From positions 1-64,000 of the IMG/VR virus record IMGVR_UViG_3300020186_000013: a stretch of DNA of 64,000 nt, one strand, 5' to 3'. Under the pieces are notes generated by a model. That model was not told the origin of the DNA, ran no database searches, and saw only the letters and a list, made by a program, of their open reading frames with translations. This document shows positions 28,333-37,717 of this stretch, in pieces; position 1 is the first letter of the stretch; each line of letters opens with the position of its first letter. The position numbers and the translations under genes are program-made.

Positions 28333-29369
28333 CTCTTCTCCTGGTAAGCCTTCCCGAGATCTTCCGTCGTGAGTTTGTAAACCCCCTGATAGGCCACCGC
28401 CAGCGACGCAGCCAAGTTAGCCCGCTTCACGGCACCGTCAATATCATCGCGGTCCGACTCGGACGCCCCCACGAACCAGTCCGCCATCGCCGCCAGGAAC
28501 GTGTCCCCGGCCCCCGTCGTGTCGAGAAGGACTCGGGGGGTCGTCGGCGGCATTCGGGTCAGTAACCCGGTGTCCGTTCCGAAGATGGCACCGTACTGCC
28601 CGAGCGTGATGATCACGTACTCGAACGAAATGTCCGCGTCCTTGGCCATCTTCCGGTATAGGGTGTCAAACAACTGGAAGTGGGACTCCTCGATGTCGAC
28701 CGGCCTATACCGCCGCAACTCTTTGGCCAGCTTGGTGCCCTCCAAGCCACTGAATGCGATCGCCTCATCCAGGTTGCACTTGAAGATCGCCCGGTTGTGA
28801 CTGTACTTATGCCACCCCCGAGGGTCTCGCGGCGGGTCGATCAAGACGGTCAGGTGGTAGAGGCGGGCAAACGACAGCACGGCCCGAACGAACCGTTCCG
28901 ATAGGAAGCCCTTGTTGTAGTCCGAGAACACGATCACAGGTCGACAGCTCTCGACGGCGACGGTCACCTGCGTTAATGCCTCGTCGAACCAGTTGTCGGC
29001 CGGGCTGACGAGCATCTCGCGATCCAGCCGCATGAGTTGCCCGGACCTGGTGACAAATCGGTGCTTTACCGTCGTGACGTGCTCCGGCCAGGCGGCCAGC
29101 CAAGCGTCGATCTTGTTATCCGCACACAACTGCTGCACGATCTTCCCGTGCGTATCGTCGCCAACGAGTCCGAACAGCATCACCCGCCGGTCGAGACCCG
29201 CCAAGTTCGCCGCGACGTTGGCCGCACCGCCCAGGTTGTACGTCGTGCCCTCGTCCTTGAGGACGAGGACGTGATCATGCTCGGGCGACACCCCGCTCAC
29301 CGTGCCGCTAGTCGTAACGTCGAGCATCACGTCACCGATGACGATGACGTGCGGCTTCTCAGAACCCAT
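28329..29369 (-). CDS. rfaE1: heptose-7-phosphate kinase (HldE domain I, PfkB family)
   Basis: VIGDVMLD, LGGAANVAANL, TTVKHR, SDYNKG, DTTGAGDTF. Confidence 0.85.
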   Translation of the reverse strand: MGSEKPHVIVIGDVMLDVTTSGTVSGVSPEHDHVLVLKDEGTTYNLGGAANVAANLAGLDRRVMLFGLVGDDTHGKIVQQLCADNKIDAWLAAWPEHVTTVKHRFVTRSGQLMRLDREMLVSPADNWFDEALTQVTVAVESCRPVIVFSDYNKGFLSERFVRAVLSFARLYHLTVLIDPPRDPRGWHKYSHNRAIFKCNLDEAIAFSGLEGTKLAKELRRYRPVDIEESHFQLFDTLYRKMAKDADISFEYVIITLGQYGAIFGTDTGLLTRMPPTTPRVLLDTTGAGDTFLAAMADWFVGASESDRDDIDGAVKRANLAASLAVAYQGVYKLTTEDLGKAYQEKR

Positions 29370-29380
29370 GCTTACTCCTG

Positions 29381-29614
29381 CTATGTTGAGTCGTTGAAGT
29401 ATCTTCGGATGGCGTTGCGGACGTCGGACATCCTGGCCACCCGCGTCGCGGAGGCGTCCTCGCCCCGCTTACAGCGGTCGCACCGGCGTATCCTCTCCCG
29501 GTCGGGGGAGAGGAACTCTCGGCCGCACTTCATACAGTTACGCTTTCCCGGAACAGAAGCGTGGGGCATCTTGCCCGCACTGCCTTGACCGGGGTCGGGT
29601 CCTTCCGTGACCAT
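29381..29614 (-). CDS. small zinc-ribbon protein
   Basis: RNCMKCGREF.S....RRCDRC. Confidence 0.55.
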   Translation of the reverse strand: MVTEGPDPGQGSAGKMPHASVPGKRNCMKCGREFLSPDRERIRRCDRCKRGEDASATRVARMSDVRNAIRRYFNDST

Positions 29615-29654
29615 ACCCTGGCACCTCCTTGTGCCGGGTATTGTGACCGAACCG

Positions 29655-30536
29655 TCACGCGGGGTCTACTTCTCCTTCGGACTCGTCAACCGGCTTGGGC
29701 CGGCGGATGATCCGCTTCTTCCTCTCGTACACGATCCCATGGGCCTGCTTGCCGACGCTGGGCTTCTTAAACCGCTCCTGCGGGGGCTTGGTCGCCTCCA
29801 GAAAGTAGCCCACCAACCAGCGTTCGGTATCACTCAGGTCGTAGTCGAGCAGGTTGGCGGCGGTGACCATGTCCCGCATCACCTCGACCTGCCGCCGGCC
29901 GTTGTAGTAGTCGCCCTCCAGCGTCACGACGTGGTCCCAGCTGCCGGGACCCGCATCGAGCGTCTCCATGATGCTCTCCAGCAACGCCTTGACGCCGTAG
30001 TTGGTCAGCGTGCAGTACAGCGGACGGCTACACGCCTCACACGTGAGCGGGCTGTCGACCTCGGACGGCATCGCTTCGGGCTCGACGCCGTCCGGGGCAC
30101 AGTCCTCGCAGTAGTTGGCCGCGTTGCACGCATACTCCCTCGACAGAACCGTCCCGGTAGGCACCTTGCTCTCCTCCCCGGCGTACCTCGGCACGAACCG
30201 AGTGTGTTCCCCGCCGCACTTGCAGTGCTGACGGGCGATCTCGCCGTACTTCCCCTTCACCACGCACCGCCTCGTGTCGAAGGACCGCCCATGGGCGGAC
30301 CTGACGCGGGCGTGCTTGCCGAACAGTGCGTGCGTCGACGCCACCGGGTTGGCGTAGCACGGGTGGCAGGACACCGGGGCGGCACGACCGCCCCGGTACT
30401 GCACCCACGCGACGCCGTTGACCTTGTCGCGGAGGATCAGGTAGTCGTCGCTAGTGTCGTCGACGACCTCGATCCGCTTTCCGAGACTGCCGTCGTCGGC
30501 CTTGTTGAACAAGCACCACCTCCCAACGAAAGCCAT
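29655..30536 (-). CDS. hypothetical Cys-rich protein
   Basis: Several CxxC pairs; start set at MAFVG, uncertain. Confidence 0.5.
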   Translation of the reverse strand: MAFVGRWCLFNKADDGSLGKRIEVVDDTSDDYLILRDKVNGVAWVQYRGGRAAPVSCHPCYANPVASTHALFGKHARVRSAHGRSFDTRRCVVKGKYGEIARQHCKCGGEHTRFVPRYAGEESKVPTGTVLSREYACNAANYCEDCAPDGVEPEAMPSEVDSPLTCEACSRPLYCTLTNYGVKALLESIMETLDAGPGSWDHVVTLEGDYYNGRRQVEVMRDMVTAANLLDYDLSDTERWLVGYFLEATKPPQERFKKPSVGKQAHGIVYERKKRIIRRPKPVDESEGEVDPA

Positions 30537-30805
30537 GGCGGTCTCTCCCCGCACCCACGCCAGCACAACTCGATCGTACACCCGCAGTCGCCGGCGTGCT
30601 CGACGAGCTTGGCCTTGACGCGGTCCTCGAAGCAGTGGGCACAGAAGTGCATGACGGTGCGTCGCTTGGCCCGGATGTACTCGAACCACCAGTAGTACGG
30701 CCCGCCGTCGGGGTGCTTTACGCCACAAGTCGGGCAGGACTTGCGTCCGCCCAGTCGAACGCCCTCAAAATACTCGTTGTGATTTCGGACCTTGGTCTTT
30801 GCCAT
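30437..30805 (-). CDS. hypothetical zinc-finger protein
   Basis: CPTC...CAHC; coupled to upstream stop. Confidence 0.55.
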   Translation of the reverse strand: MAKTKVRNHNEYFEGVRLGGRKSCPTCGVKHPDGGPYYWWFEYIRAKRRTVMHFCAHCFEDRVKAKLVEHAGDCGCTIELCWRGCGERPPWLSLGGGACSTRPTTAVSESGSRSSTTLATTT

Positions 30806-31260
30806 TATGAGAAGAACTCGTCGAAGTTCTGGTCGAGCGGGCTGTCGCTCGAACCAGTTATCTCGTAGCCCAGCAACGTCAACATCTCACCCCAGGCGTC
30901 GGCCTGGGTCTCCAGCGACACCGACGGGTCGCTGTTGTACTCCCAGATCGCCAGCGGCTGCCCCGCCCGGCGGGCGATGACCGCGAGGATGCAGCAGAAG
31001 GCGATCTTGCCGACAGGGTCGCCGGCCGGGCGACCCTCGTCGAACGTCAACTCGAACCACTCCGACAGGGGACGCTTGCGACCCGACTTCTTCCCCTCAC
31101 GGCAGATGTCTGCCGCGACGAGACTCGGCACGTCCGCAGGCCAGTCCAACTTCTTGAAGCCCTCGGAGTCGGGCAGGGGCATGCCGTGGGGCCAGTAACT
31201 CGCCCCCCACGGATTACTCTTCGTCGTCGTCTTCTTCGTCATCATCATCCTCGTCCTCAT
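30805..31260 (-). CDS. hypothetical protein
   Basis: Tiling ORF. Confidence 0.55.
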   Translation of the reverse strand: MRTRMMMTKKTTTKSNPWGASYWPHGMPLPDSEGFKKLDWPADVPSLVAADICREGKKSGRKRPLSEWFELTFDEGRPAGDPVGKIAFCCILAVIARRAGQPLAIWEYNSDPSVSLETQADAWGEMLTLLGYEITGSSDSPLDQNFDEFFS

Positions 31261-31759
31261 CGTCCGACGGCCCCTGGCCGAAGGGGTTGTGGTCTCCGAG
31301 ATTGAAGAACTTCGTCAGCGGCCCGAAGAGGGTCTGCTTGATGGCCTCAGCCTGGGCCGTGCTCTGCCTCGCTTCCAGCTGCTCATCAGGCAGGTGGACG
31401 GTGTCGAGTATGTCGGCCACGCGGTGGAGCACGATGTGGCGGTCCTCGTGTGCCCGTGGCGACTCCCAACAGTTCTCGAAGTTGCGGACGACCAGATCCC
31501 AGCCCTCGCGAACCACCCGCATCCCTTGAGCCAGGCAAGCCAGGCGGTGCAAGGAGCACGCGGTGTGGATGTCGAGACTGGCCAGGGGGCGGGGCTGCTT
31601 GACGCACTCCGCACTCTTCCCCACCATCTTGTTCGAGCCGGCCCGGTAGTATTCGAGGAACTTCCCCAACTCCTCCAGGTGGCCGTAGAGTTGCACGGCG
31701 TTCACCGTCATCGACGGGAACGGCGGGCTCTGCACTTCCAATTCAGAATCCTTGCTCAT
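31214..31759 (-). CDS. hypothetical protein with acidic tail
   Basis: Tiling ORF. Confidence 0.6.
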   Translation of the reverse strand: MSKDSELEVQSPPFPSMTVNAVQLYGHLEELGKFLEYYRAGSNKMVGKSAECVKQPRPLASLDIHTACSLHRLACLAQGMRVVREGWDLVVRNFENCWESPRAHEDRHIVLHRVADILDTVHLPDEQLEARQSTAQAEAIKQTLFGPLTKFFNLGDHNPFGQGPSDDEDEDDDDEEDDDEE

Positions 31760-31762
31760 CGG

Positions 31763-32128
31763 TTAAGACTCCAGGTCCGGGTATTCACCGGCATCAAAAT
31801 TTGCGACGAACTTACGAACGGGCTCGGGCAACTCCACGGTCCCGACGGCCCTAAACACACGCGGACGCGGCTCTTCGCAGATCGTGACCTTGTCGCAGCC
31901 GACCATGAATGCGTACAAGTAGTTACCGTCGTCGTCCGTGCTCAGCATCGACTCCAGCCAACGGGCGGCGGGGCAGGTAAGCTCACACTCGGTCTCGCCC
32001 GTGTAACCGTACGCCGTCAGAGTATCGACGACAGCTGTTTCCGTGTCACCAAGCTCCCTCAACTTCTCCTCAACGAGTTTACGCATCTCCTCGTTGATTA
32101 TTCCCTGCTCACAGGGGTTCGCAGGCAT
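31763..32128 (-). CDS. hypothetical protein
   Basis: AGGAGGAG RBS + ATG. Confidence 0.65.
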   Translation of the reverse strand: MPANPCEQGIINEEMRKLVEEKLRELGDTETAVVDTLTAYGYTGETECELTCPAARWLESMLSTDDDGNYLYAFMVGCDKVTICEEPRPRVFRAVGTVELPEPVRKFVANFDAGEYPDLES

Positions 32129-32136
32129 AGCTCCTC

Positions 32137-32694
32137 CTAGAGGTCAGCTGGGTGCACCGAACAGATCGGGCACCCGTTGACCTTACCACAATGCTTGCAC
32201 ACGTCCGGCTCGGGTGGCGGCGGCGGGACAGGTGCGATCACCATATCCTCGATCGTCGTCATGAACCGGAGGATCTCATCACACACGTGTACCTTGCCCT
32301 CGCAGTAGTCTCCGAGGTCCGTGTTACGCTCAGACTTTTCGGCCACCTTCGCCCCGGCTCGAATCGCCTGAATGTGCTTGTAGAGCACGTCGTACAGGCA
32401 CGGTGATGATATGGTCCCAGGCATTACAGTCCTCCGGTGATCAACAAAGGGTTCACCATCTCCGTCTACGGCCCAGCGTGGATTGATGCCTGGGATCGTG
32501 CCGAGGCGAGCCATCAGGTCCTTGGTGGGCGGCTGCACTTTACGGGAAACGATGCTAACGAGAGCCCGGTGCACGCCGAGAGCCCTCGCCAGCTCACTCT
32601 GGTTCCCTTGGAACTTCCGATCTAAGACCAAGCAAACCCGCTTTCGAGCTGCCTCCTGCCATGCAACCCGGCAGGCATTCGGCTTCTTCACCAT
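32137..32694 (-). CDS. XRE/CI-like helix-turn-helix protein
   Basis: NQSELARALGVHRALVS...INPRWAVDGDGEPF. Confidence 0.7.
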   Translation of the reverse strand: MVKKPNACRVAWQEAARKRVCLVLDRKFQGNQSELARALGVHRALVSIVSRKVQPPTKDLMARLGTIPGINPRWAVDGDGEPFVDHRRTVMPGTISSPCLYDVLYKHIQAIRAGAKVAEKSERNTDLGDYCEGKVHVCDEILRFMTTIEDMVIAPVPPPPPEPDVCKHCGKVNGCPICSVHPADL

Positions 32695-32695
32695 G

Positions 32696-32983
32696 TCACC
32701 TCCTCACAGCAACTTGGACGTTGTAACCGATCCTCTTCAGCTCCCTGAGTAGCGGAGCGTACTGCTTGGGAGCGGCCGGGAACGACGTCGTAATGCAGTG
32801 CTCGTAGTCGGCGGCAACGTGACCGCCCACCATGACGTAGCACAAGCACAACCCGTTGTGGGTCGCAGGGTCGTCAGGGAAGAGGGCGTAGACGCCCTCG
32901 CGGTCGGCACGGAACACGACACGCTTACCTAGCTTCTTCTTCGTCTTCGTCTTCGTCTTCGTCTTCGTTGTTTTGTTGGTCAC
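32696..32983 (-). CDS. hypothetical protein
   Basis: VVFR..VYALFP...CY..VGGH...YAPLLRELKRIGY. Confidence 0.6.
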   Translation of the reverse strand: MTNKTTKTKTKTKTKKKLGKRVVFRADREGVYALFPDDPATHNGLCLCYVMVGGHVAADYEHCITTSFPAAPKQYAPLLRELKRIGYNVQVAVRR

Positions 32984-33893
32984 AGAAATACGACTCCATT
33001 CCCCTGTTCAATATCAGGTCCAGCACCCAACAACCGTGAACGTGCGGCCCGTGCCTCCGAGCGTGGGCACCCATCCTCGGGTCCGCCCCGGCGTCGTCCA
33101 GCATGTCCGCCAAAACGGGCATGTCGTGGAAGTCGCCTTTGGCGTACAGACTTTCCGCCATGCCCTTGATAGCCCCGCCGTGCCACAGCAGCAACGACGG
33201 GTCGAACACGGGGGCCGGATCGGGACCTCCATAGTGTTCGCCAAAGATGTCACGCAGCAAGGCAGACTGATAGCGACTGTAACACATCATACCACTAATG
33301 GGGGCGTCGTCCCGCCAGTACCCCCGTGCCGTTTCCTCGTCCACATGGGCCAGGTAACAAAGGGCAGCCGTCACTCTGGTAGCTTCTACCACACGGCGAC
33401 CGTCATACCAATCGCCCGCCAAAGACGTGAAGCCGAGCCGCCACCTCCGCATGTCGATAACGGGTGACGCGACTCGTGTGTGCACGACGTCCATCCGTAT
33501 ACACGATCTGATGCGAGGTCCCACGTACGCTAGGCCGAGAACGGGGGAACAGTCCGACGACTCGAACACGTACTCCGAGTCGTCCATCTCGTCGATGAAT
33601 TCGACCTGCTCCTTAATCCACTTCTCGCACCCCGCCATCGAGCGGTCGAGCAAGCGGCAATAGCACGCGAGCGAGAACAACCGCAACGGACGCAAGCTGG
33701 ACTTATGACGACTGACCACGCCGAGCATCGACTTCACATCCGAGTTCGCACCCCACCGGTCCTGATGCTTAACAAGGGCTTCGACGCGGCTCACCTCGGC
33801 CACGTACCGGTCGGGGTCGTTCGCGTACACGTCCATCGTCCGACGGAACGCGGCGACCTCCGCATCGGACAACTTCGTCGGTTTGGGAGGCAT
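32925..33893 (-). CDS. protein with Gemmata-type C-terminal domain
   Basis: LLRDIFG...DPSLLLWHGG...MPVLADMLDDAG...HGPHVHGCWVLDLIL. Confidence 0.7.
   Translation of the reverse strand: MPPKPTKLSDAEVAAFRRTMDVYANDPDRYVAEVSRVEALVKHQDRWGANSDVKSMLGVVSRHKSSLRPLRLFSLACYCRLLDRSMAGCEKWIKEQVEFIDEMDDSEYVFESSDCSPVLGLAYVGPRIRSCIRMDVVHTRVASPVIDMRRWRLGFTSLAGDWYDGRRVVEATRVTAALCYLAHVDEETARGYWRDDAPISGMMCYSRYQSALLRDIFGEHYGGPDPAPVFDPSLLLWHGGAIKGMAESLYAKGDFHDMPVLADMLDDAGADPRMGAHARRHGPHVHGCWVLDLILNRGMESYFCDQQNNEDEDEDEDEEEAR
32939..32968. repeat. (CTTCGT)5 microsatellite in a gene overlap
   Basis: Reads EDEDED in one minus frame and TKTKTK in the other. Confidence 0.85.
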
Positions 33894-33894
33894 G

Positions 33895-34896
33895 TCATTC
33901 CCTCTTGTTGAGTAACGTATCCAACAGCCAACACCCCCGGTGGTGGTAGCCGCCGTGCCGGGCGTGCTCGACGAAGACCGGCTCGGCGTCGGCCTCTTCG
34001 AGCATGTCGGCCAAGATGGGCATCACCTGGAAGTCGCGGTTGTCGTAGATGTGCTGGGCCATCTGCGGAATCGCACCGCCGTGCCACAATAGCAGGTCGG
34101 GCTTGACCGGTGGGTACATCCGGTAAGGGTTACCCAACGTATCACGGATGACATGGCAAAGTTTGTCAGTGACGCCGTTGTCGTAGGGCGTGCCGTCGCC
34201 ACGATTGAGCACGTTGATCGCCATGGACGCGAGCTTCTTCGAGATGCCCGTCGCCATCACGTGCCGCAGAGTCTGTGACGCTGCGTACTTGGGGTTGTAG
34301 AGGCAAGCAGACCACGCCGCCCGCTCGCAGTACATCCGCCGCCACAGCTTCATGTCCTCCTTGGCCATGTCCCGCTCGAACGACGAGACGCCGCCCGAAA
34401 TCGGTTCGCGACTGATGTAGTAGTCGTCCGAAGAGATCGGACTCGGAACCGGACTGGGCGTATTGCCGATGTTGTAGGCGACGCTGAACGCCCCCAGCAC
34501 ACGCCTGTCGCGACGCATCACCGACTGCCGATGGTTCTCCAACAGAGGCTCCACAAACTCGTAGGGATACTCATCCTCGGCGACGATCTCGGCGACCTGC
34601 ACCAACCTGCGGTGGACTGTGTCGAGCCGCGTCCACGTCAGGCGGCAAAAGGCGACGGCCATCAGACGGTACAGCCGGTCAGGCAGGTTGTCGACGCAGG
34701 CGAGGAGGTTGCACGGGTTGTACACCTCCAACCAAGCCCGCTCGTCGTGTTCGAGGACACGGTCAGTGACCTCGGAGATGCTCCTCGCGGAAGTATAGAT
34801 GTTGTCCACCCGCCGACTATACCGGTTGTAGACCAGAGGCAACTTGAAAGTCAGCAAGTCCTCGTCGTACCGCTCACTCATCATTAGCGTCGACAT
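33895..34896 (-). CDS. paralogue with Gemmata-type C-terminal domain
   Basis: IRDTLGNPY...LLLWHGG.IPQMAQHIYD.RDFQVMPILADMLEEA...HHRGCWLLDTLL; start uncertain. Confidence 0.7.
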   Translation of the reverse strand: MSTLMMSERYDEDLLTFKLPLVYNRYSRRVDNIYTSARSISEVTDRVLEHDERAWLEVYNPCNLLACVDNLPDRLYRLMAVAFCRLTWTRLDTVHRRLVQVAEIVAEDEYPYEFVEPLLENHRQSVMRRDRRVLGAFSVAYNIGNTPSPVPSPISSDDYYISREPISGGVSSFERDMAKEDMKLWRRMYCERAAWSACLYNPKYAASQTLRHVMATGISKKLASMAINVLNRGDGTPYDNGVTDKLCHVIRDTLGNPYRMYPPVKPDLLLWHGGAIPQMAQHIYDNRDFQVMPILADMLEEADAEPVFVEHARHGGYHHRGCWLLDTLLNKRE

Positions 34897-35152
34897 AAAA
34901 GTTCTCCTCGGACTCGGGGCACTCCTCCCGGAGTGTCGCCAGTCCTCGCTTGATTGACTTGTCTCCCACCCCGAACACTTCGACTTCATGGTCGCACCGT
35001 CCGCACTGGACGCAGACCGCGTCTTGCTCGACGCCACGATCGTTCTCCTTCTTGATCTCGGTCACTTCGCACTCGACCTTCATGGCTCTCTCCTTAGCAC
35101 CAGCCGGGCAGGTGGGCGTTGCACACCTGGTACACCCTCTGGTACGAAACAC
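34874..35152 (-). CDS. hypothetical small Zn-binding protein
   Basis: CGRC...ECP; GGAG RBS. Confidence 0.6.
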   Translation of the reverse strand: MFRTRGCTRCATPTCPAGAKERAMKVECEVTEIKKENDRGVEQDAVCVQCGRCDHEVEVFGVGDKSIKRGLATLREECPESEENFYVDANDE

Positions 35153-35375
35153 CGACCTTCCGGGCGATCTCGCGGAGGCTCATCTCCGGGTTATCAGCCT
35201 TGAGCTTCACGATCAACGGCACACGGCTCAACATGCCGTTGTACTTCACCCAACCAGGTAACTTCGAGTTGAGGACCTTGTACACCCGATGCGGGTGCAC
35301 CCCAACCTTGGCGGCGATGACCTTCACCGCCATCTTTGGGTTTTTCTTCTTCAGACTAACGATCTTGTCATCCAT
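35094..35375 (-). CDS. tandem HTH protein
   Basis: IAAKVGVHPHRVYKVL and LREIARKVGVSYQRVYQV. Confidence 0.7.
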   Translation of the reverse strand: MDDKIVSLKKKNPKMAVKVIAAKVGVHPHRVYKVLNSKLPGWVKYNGMLSRVPLIVKLKADNPEMSLREIARKVGVSYQRVYQVCNAHLPGWC

Positions 35376-36313
35376 CAGGCACTCCTCAGTTTGCCGTACG
35401 TCGACATCATCCGCACGCCGTGCACGGCATTCAAATAGTCGATCACCTGAGACGGCTCCGCTCGCCGAATCCAGCCGCCGGGGTACGGGGCCACCCGCAC
35501 CAGAGCGTACAGCAGCTGGGTACGACTCAGTTCCGTCGATCGGCCCCGGAGGTACTTGGTTTTAACGGTCTCCAGCGGGCTCTCGGCGTCCTCGTGGACC
35601 ACGAACAGCCCGCCACGGTAGCGGAGGGGCTGCTCCTTCGAGAAGTCGATCGACTGAATGACCACGCCACCTAGAAACTGGCTTTTAGGGATGTCAACTA
35701 ACTCGCCCTGCCGCTGGCTGACAACGCTGGCGGTCGCGAGACGCAGCTTGTCCCGAAACACCTCGCCGACCGTCATCGCCTCGTGGTAGGGCTTGGCCGT
35801 CACGAAGTCCTGCCGCATCGTCGAGATCAACTTGACCGGCGGCAGGTCGGGCTTCAGCCCCTTGTCAGAGAAGAACGCCTTCTCCATCCGCTTGAATGGT
35901 TCCAAGACGTTGTTCCGGACCCAACAGAACGGGCAGATGTGGTCGAATCGGCACGACTGCCCAGACGCCTTCTTGGTCCGCACTCCCACGGGCGGGCAGT
36001 TCCGGACGAACTGGAACTTCTTGTCGTCGGCCAGCTTGTCCCAGCCCTCATTCCGGAGGTTGGTCAGGAGCATGCGGTACAGTCCCGACGTCCTGACCGC
36101 GAGTCGATCACTGGCGGCGGTCCGCTCCTTGACGTCCATCCCGTCGTAGAGGCGGCGGATCAGACACAGGCGACACGCCGTCTGGCGGTACGACTTGGGC
36201 GTGAAGTTCAACTCCCACTTGATGTCGGTCGGGGATGCGGTGGACACAAGCAACTCCAACTTTAGGTAGTTATAACGAACCAAAGTTTTTTTCCGGTGCC
36301 GAGTACCCCCCAA
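35375..36313 (-). CDS. hypothetical protein with C..C..ICPFC motif
   Basis: 312-aa ORF; start uncertain. Confidence 0.6.
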   Translation of the reverse strand: MGGTRHRKKTLVRYNYLKLELLVSTASPTDIKWELNFTPKSYRQTACRLCLIRRLYDGMDVKERTAASDRLAVRTSGLYRMLLTNLRNEGWDKLADDKKFQFVRNCPPVGVRTKKASGQSCRFDHICPFCWVRNNVLEPFKRMEKAFFSDKGLKPDLPPVKLISTMRQDFVTAKPYHEAMTVGEVFRDKLRLATASVVSQRQGELVDIPKSQFLGGVVIQSIDFSKEQPLRYRGGLFVVHEDAESPLETVKTKYLRGRSTELSRTQLLYALVRVAPYPGGWIRRAEPSQVIDYLNAVHGVRMMSTYGKLRSA

Positions 36314-36570
36314 AACAGGGGGGCATACGAACTAAAGTTTGGTTCGTTAGTAGAATACTACTAAGCTCCCATGGCTCCTGCTCTTCGTTTGGAGCCCAGG
36401 AGGACTTGCAGAAGATAACGACCCTTCGACATGTCGACACCAACAGGGTTGTACGCTTCCTTACTACCATGCTGATGTCGACAGTAACCGCTCCGCACGT
36501 CGACAAAACGGTGGTGGCCCGCGACACAAGACCGGTCTGTACCCACGCACGTTAGACACTGCACCCTCCG

Positions 36571-37317
36571 CTACGCCCACCCACCGACCTGCTCGTCGAG
36601 CGTGTTGAGCATGCCCACCAGGGGATAGATGCCGGGGAACTCGGGGTGCTCGCTGGTCCAATGGAACGAGTAGTTGATACCCGCCGTGGCGTCTTCCAGT
36701 TCCGTGTAGCTGCAACTCTTGTAACGACCCTCCGAGATTGGTACGGGCTCGTTCAAGACCTCGACGATCCGCTTCACGAGGGCCTCGACGTCGCCGTCCG
36801 CCTCGCTACAGCGAACCTCGCACACCCAGTTATCTACGCTGTTCGCGATCTGACGGGGAGCGAAGCTGGGGGATGTCCACGGCTTACTTGCAGTCGCAGT
36901 CCTTCTTGGCAATTCGCCAGAGACCGTCGTTCTTGACCCGACAGGCGTGACACCAGTACCGGACCTTCTGATCGAAGACTCGACCTTTTTCTTTGGCGTG
37001 GATGCCAAAGAGTCGCCGGACTTGGATGGGGCGGACGAAATAGTCAACGTGTCCGCAGGCGTCGCACTTGGGGACGGTTCGTTCTCTGGCCACTTCTCCT
37101 CCTCTCGGTCGCCCTTCTTGATCTCCTTGCGGCGATCCTTGGCGACCTTGCAGTTGTTGTCGATCAGCTCGTGGAGGTTGTTAGCCTCGGTGGGGCTGAG
37201 TTTGAACACTACGGTCTTCACCCCTGTGGCGTCCTCCTTGTGGGCGATGAGGGTGATGAACGTCCCCTCGTTGTTGGTGGACGCCGTGAAGGTAAACCCG
37301 TTAATCGACGTGGCCAT
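36571..37317 (-). CDS. hypothetical protein (possibly two genes)
   Basis: GAGGA RBS + ATG at 37317; middle overlaps alternative ORF 36884..37093. Confidence 0.4.
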   Translation of the reverse strand: MATSINGFTFTASTNNEGTFITLIAHKEDATGVKTVVFKLSPTEANNLHELIDNNCKVAKDRRKEIKKGDREEEKWPENEPSPSATPADTLTISSAPSKSGDSLASTPKKKVESSIRRSGTGVTPVGSRTTVSGELPRRTATASKPWTSPSFAPRQIANSVDNWVCEVRCSEADGDVEALVKRIVEVLNEPVPISEGRYKSCSYTELEDATAGINYSFHWTSEHPEFPGIYPLVGMLNTLDEQVGGWA

Positions 37318-37327
37318 GTAGTCCTCG

Positions 37328-37705
37328 TTAGACGGTTGCTGTGGTCTCGGGGTGCGGTTTCGGCATGTGGCCCGAGTGCCGCTTGCACACGACGTAGTAC
37401 GCCCCCGGCCGCTCGATGCTGTCCGCGATGAGTACCGCCGGGTTGCCGCAGTAGATGGGTCCCGATTGGGGGTAATCGTCACCGATCTGCCGGGCACAAC
37501 GCATGCCGGGCGGTGCTGCCCGGACGTTGGTCATGTCCTCCTTACCCCCGCAGTAGAAGGTCGCCTTGGGGATGTAGTCGCCGTGGAGGAAGTCGTAGAG
37601 GAGTTTGTTGACCCGTGCGAGGGTCTCGGCTTTATTGTCTTTCAAGAGGCCCTGGTTGAATAACAGGGCGGCTGCACCGAGGCACTGTTCTTTGCTGGCA
37701 CCCAA
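37328..37705 (-). CDS. hypothetical protein
   Basis: GGAGG RBS. Confidence 0.55.
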   Translation of the reverse strand: MGASKEQCLGAAALLFNQGLLKDNKAETLARVNKLLYDFLHGDYIPKATFYCGGKEDMTNVRAAPPGMRCARQIGDDYPQSGPIYCGNPAVLIADSIERPGAYYVVCKRHSGHMPKPHPETTATV

Positions 37706-37717
37706 TGGGCACCTCCG

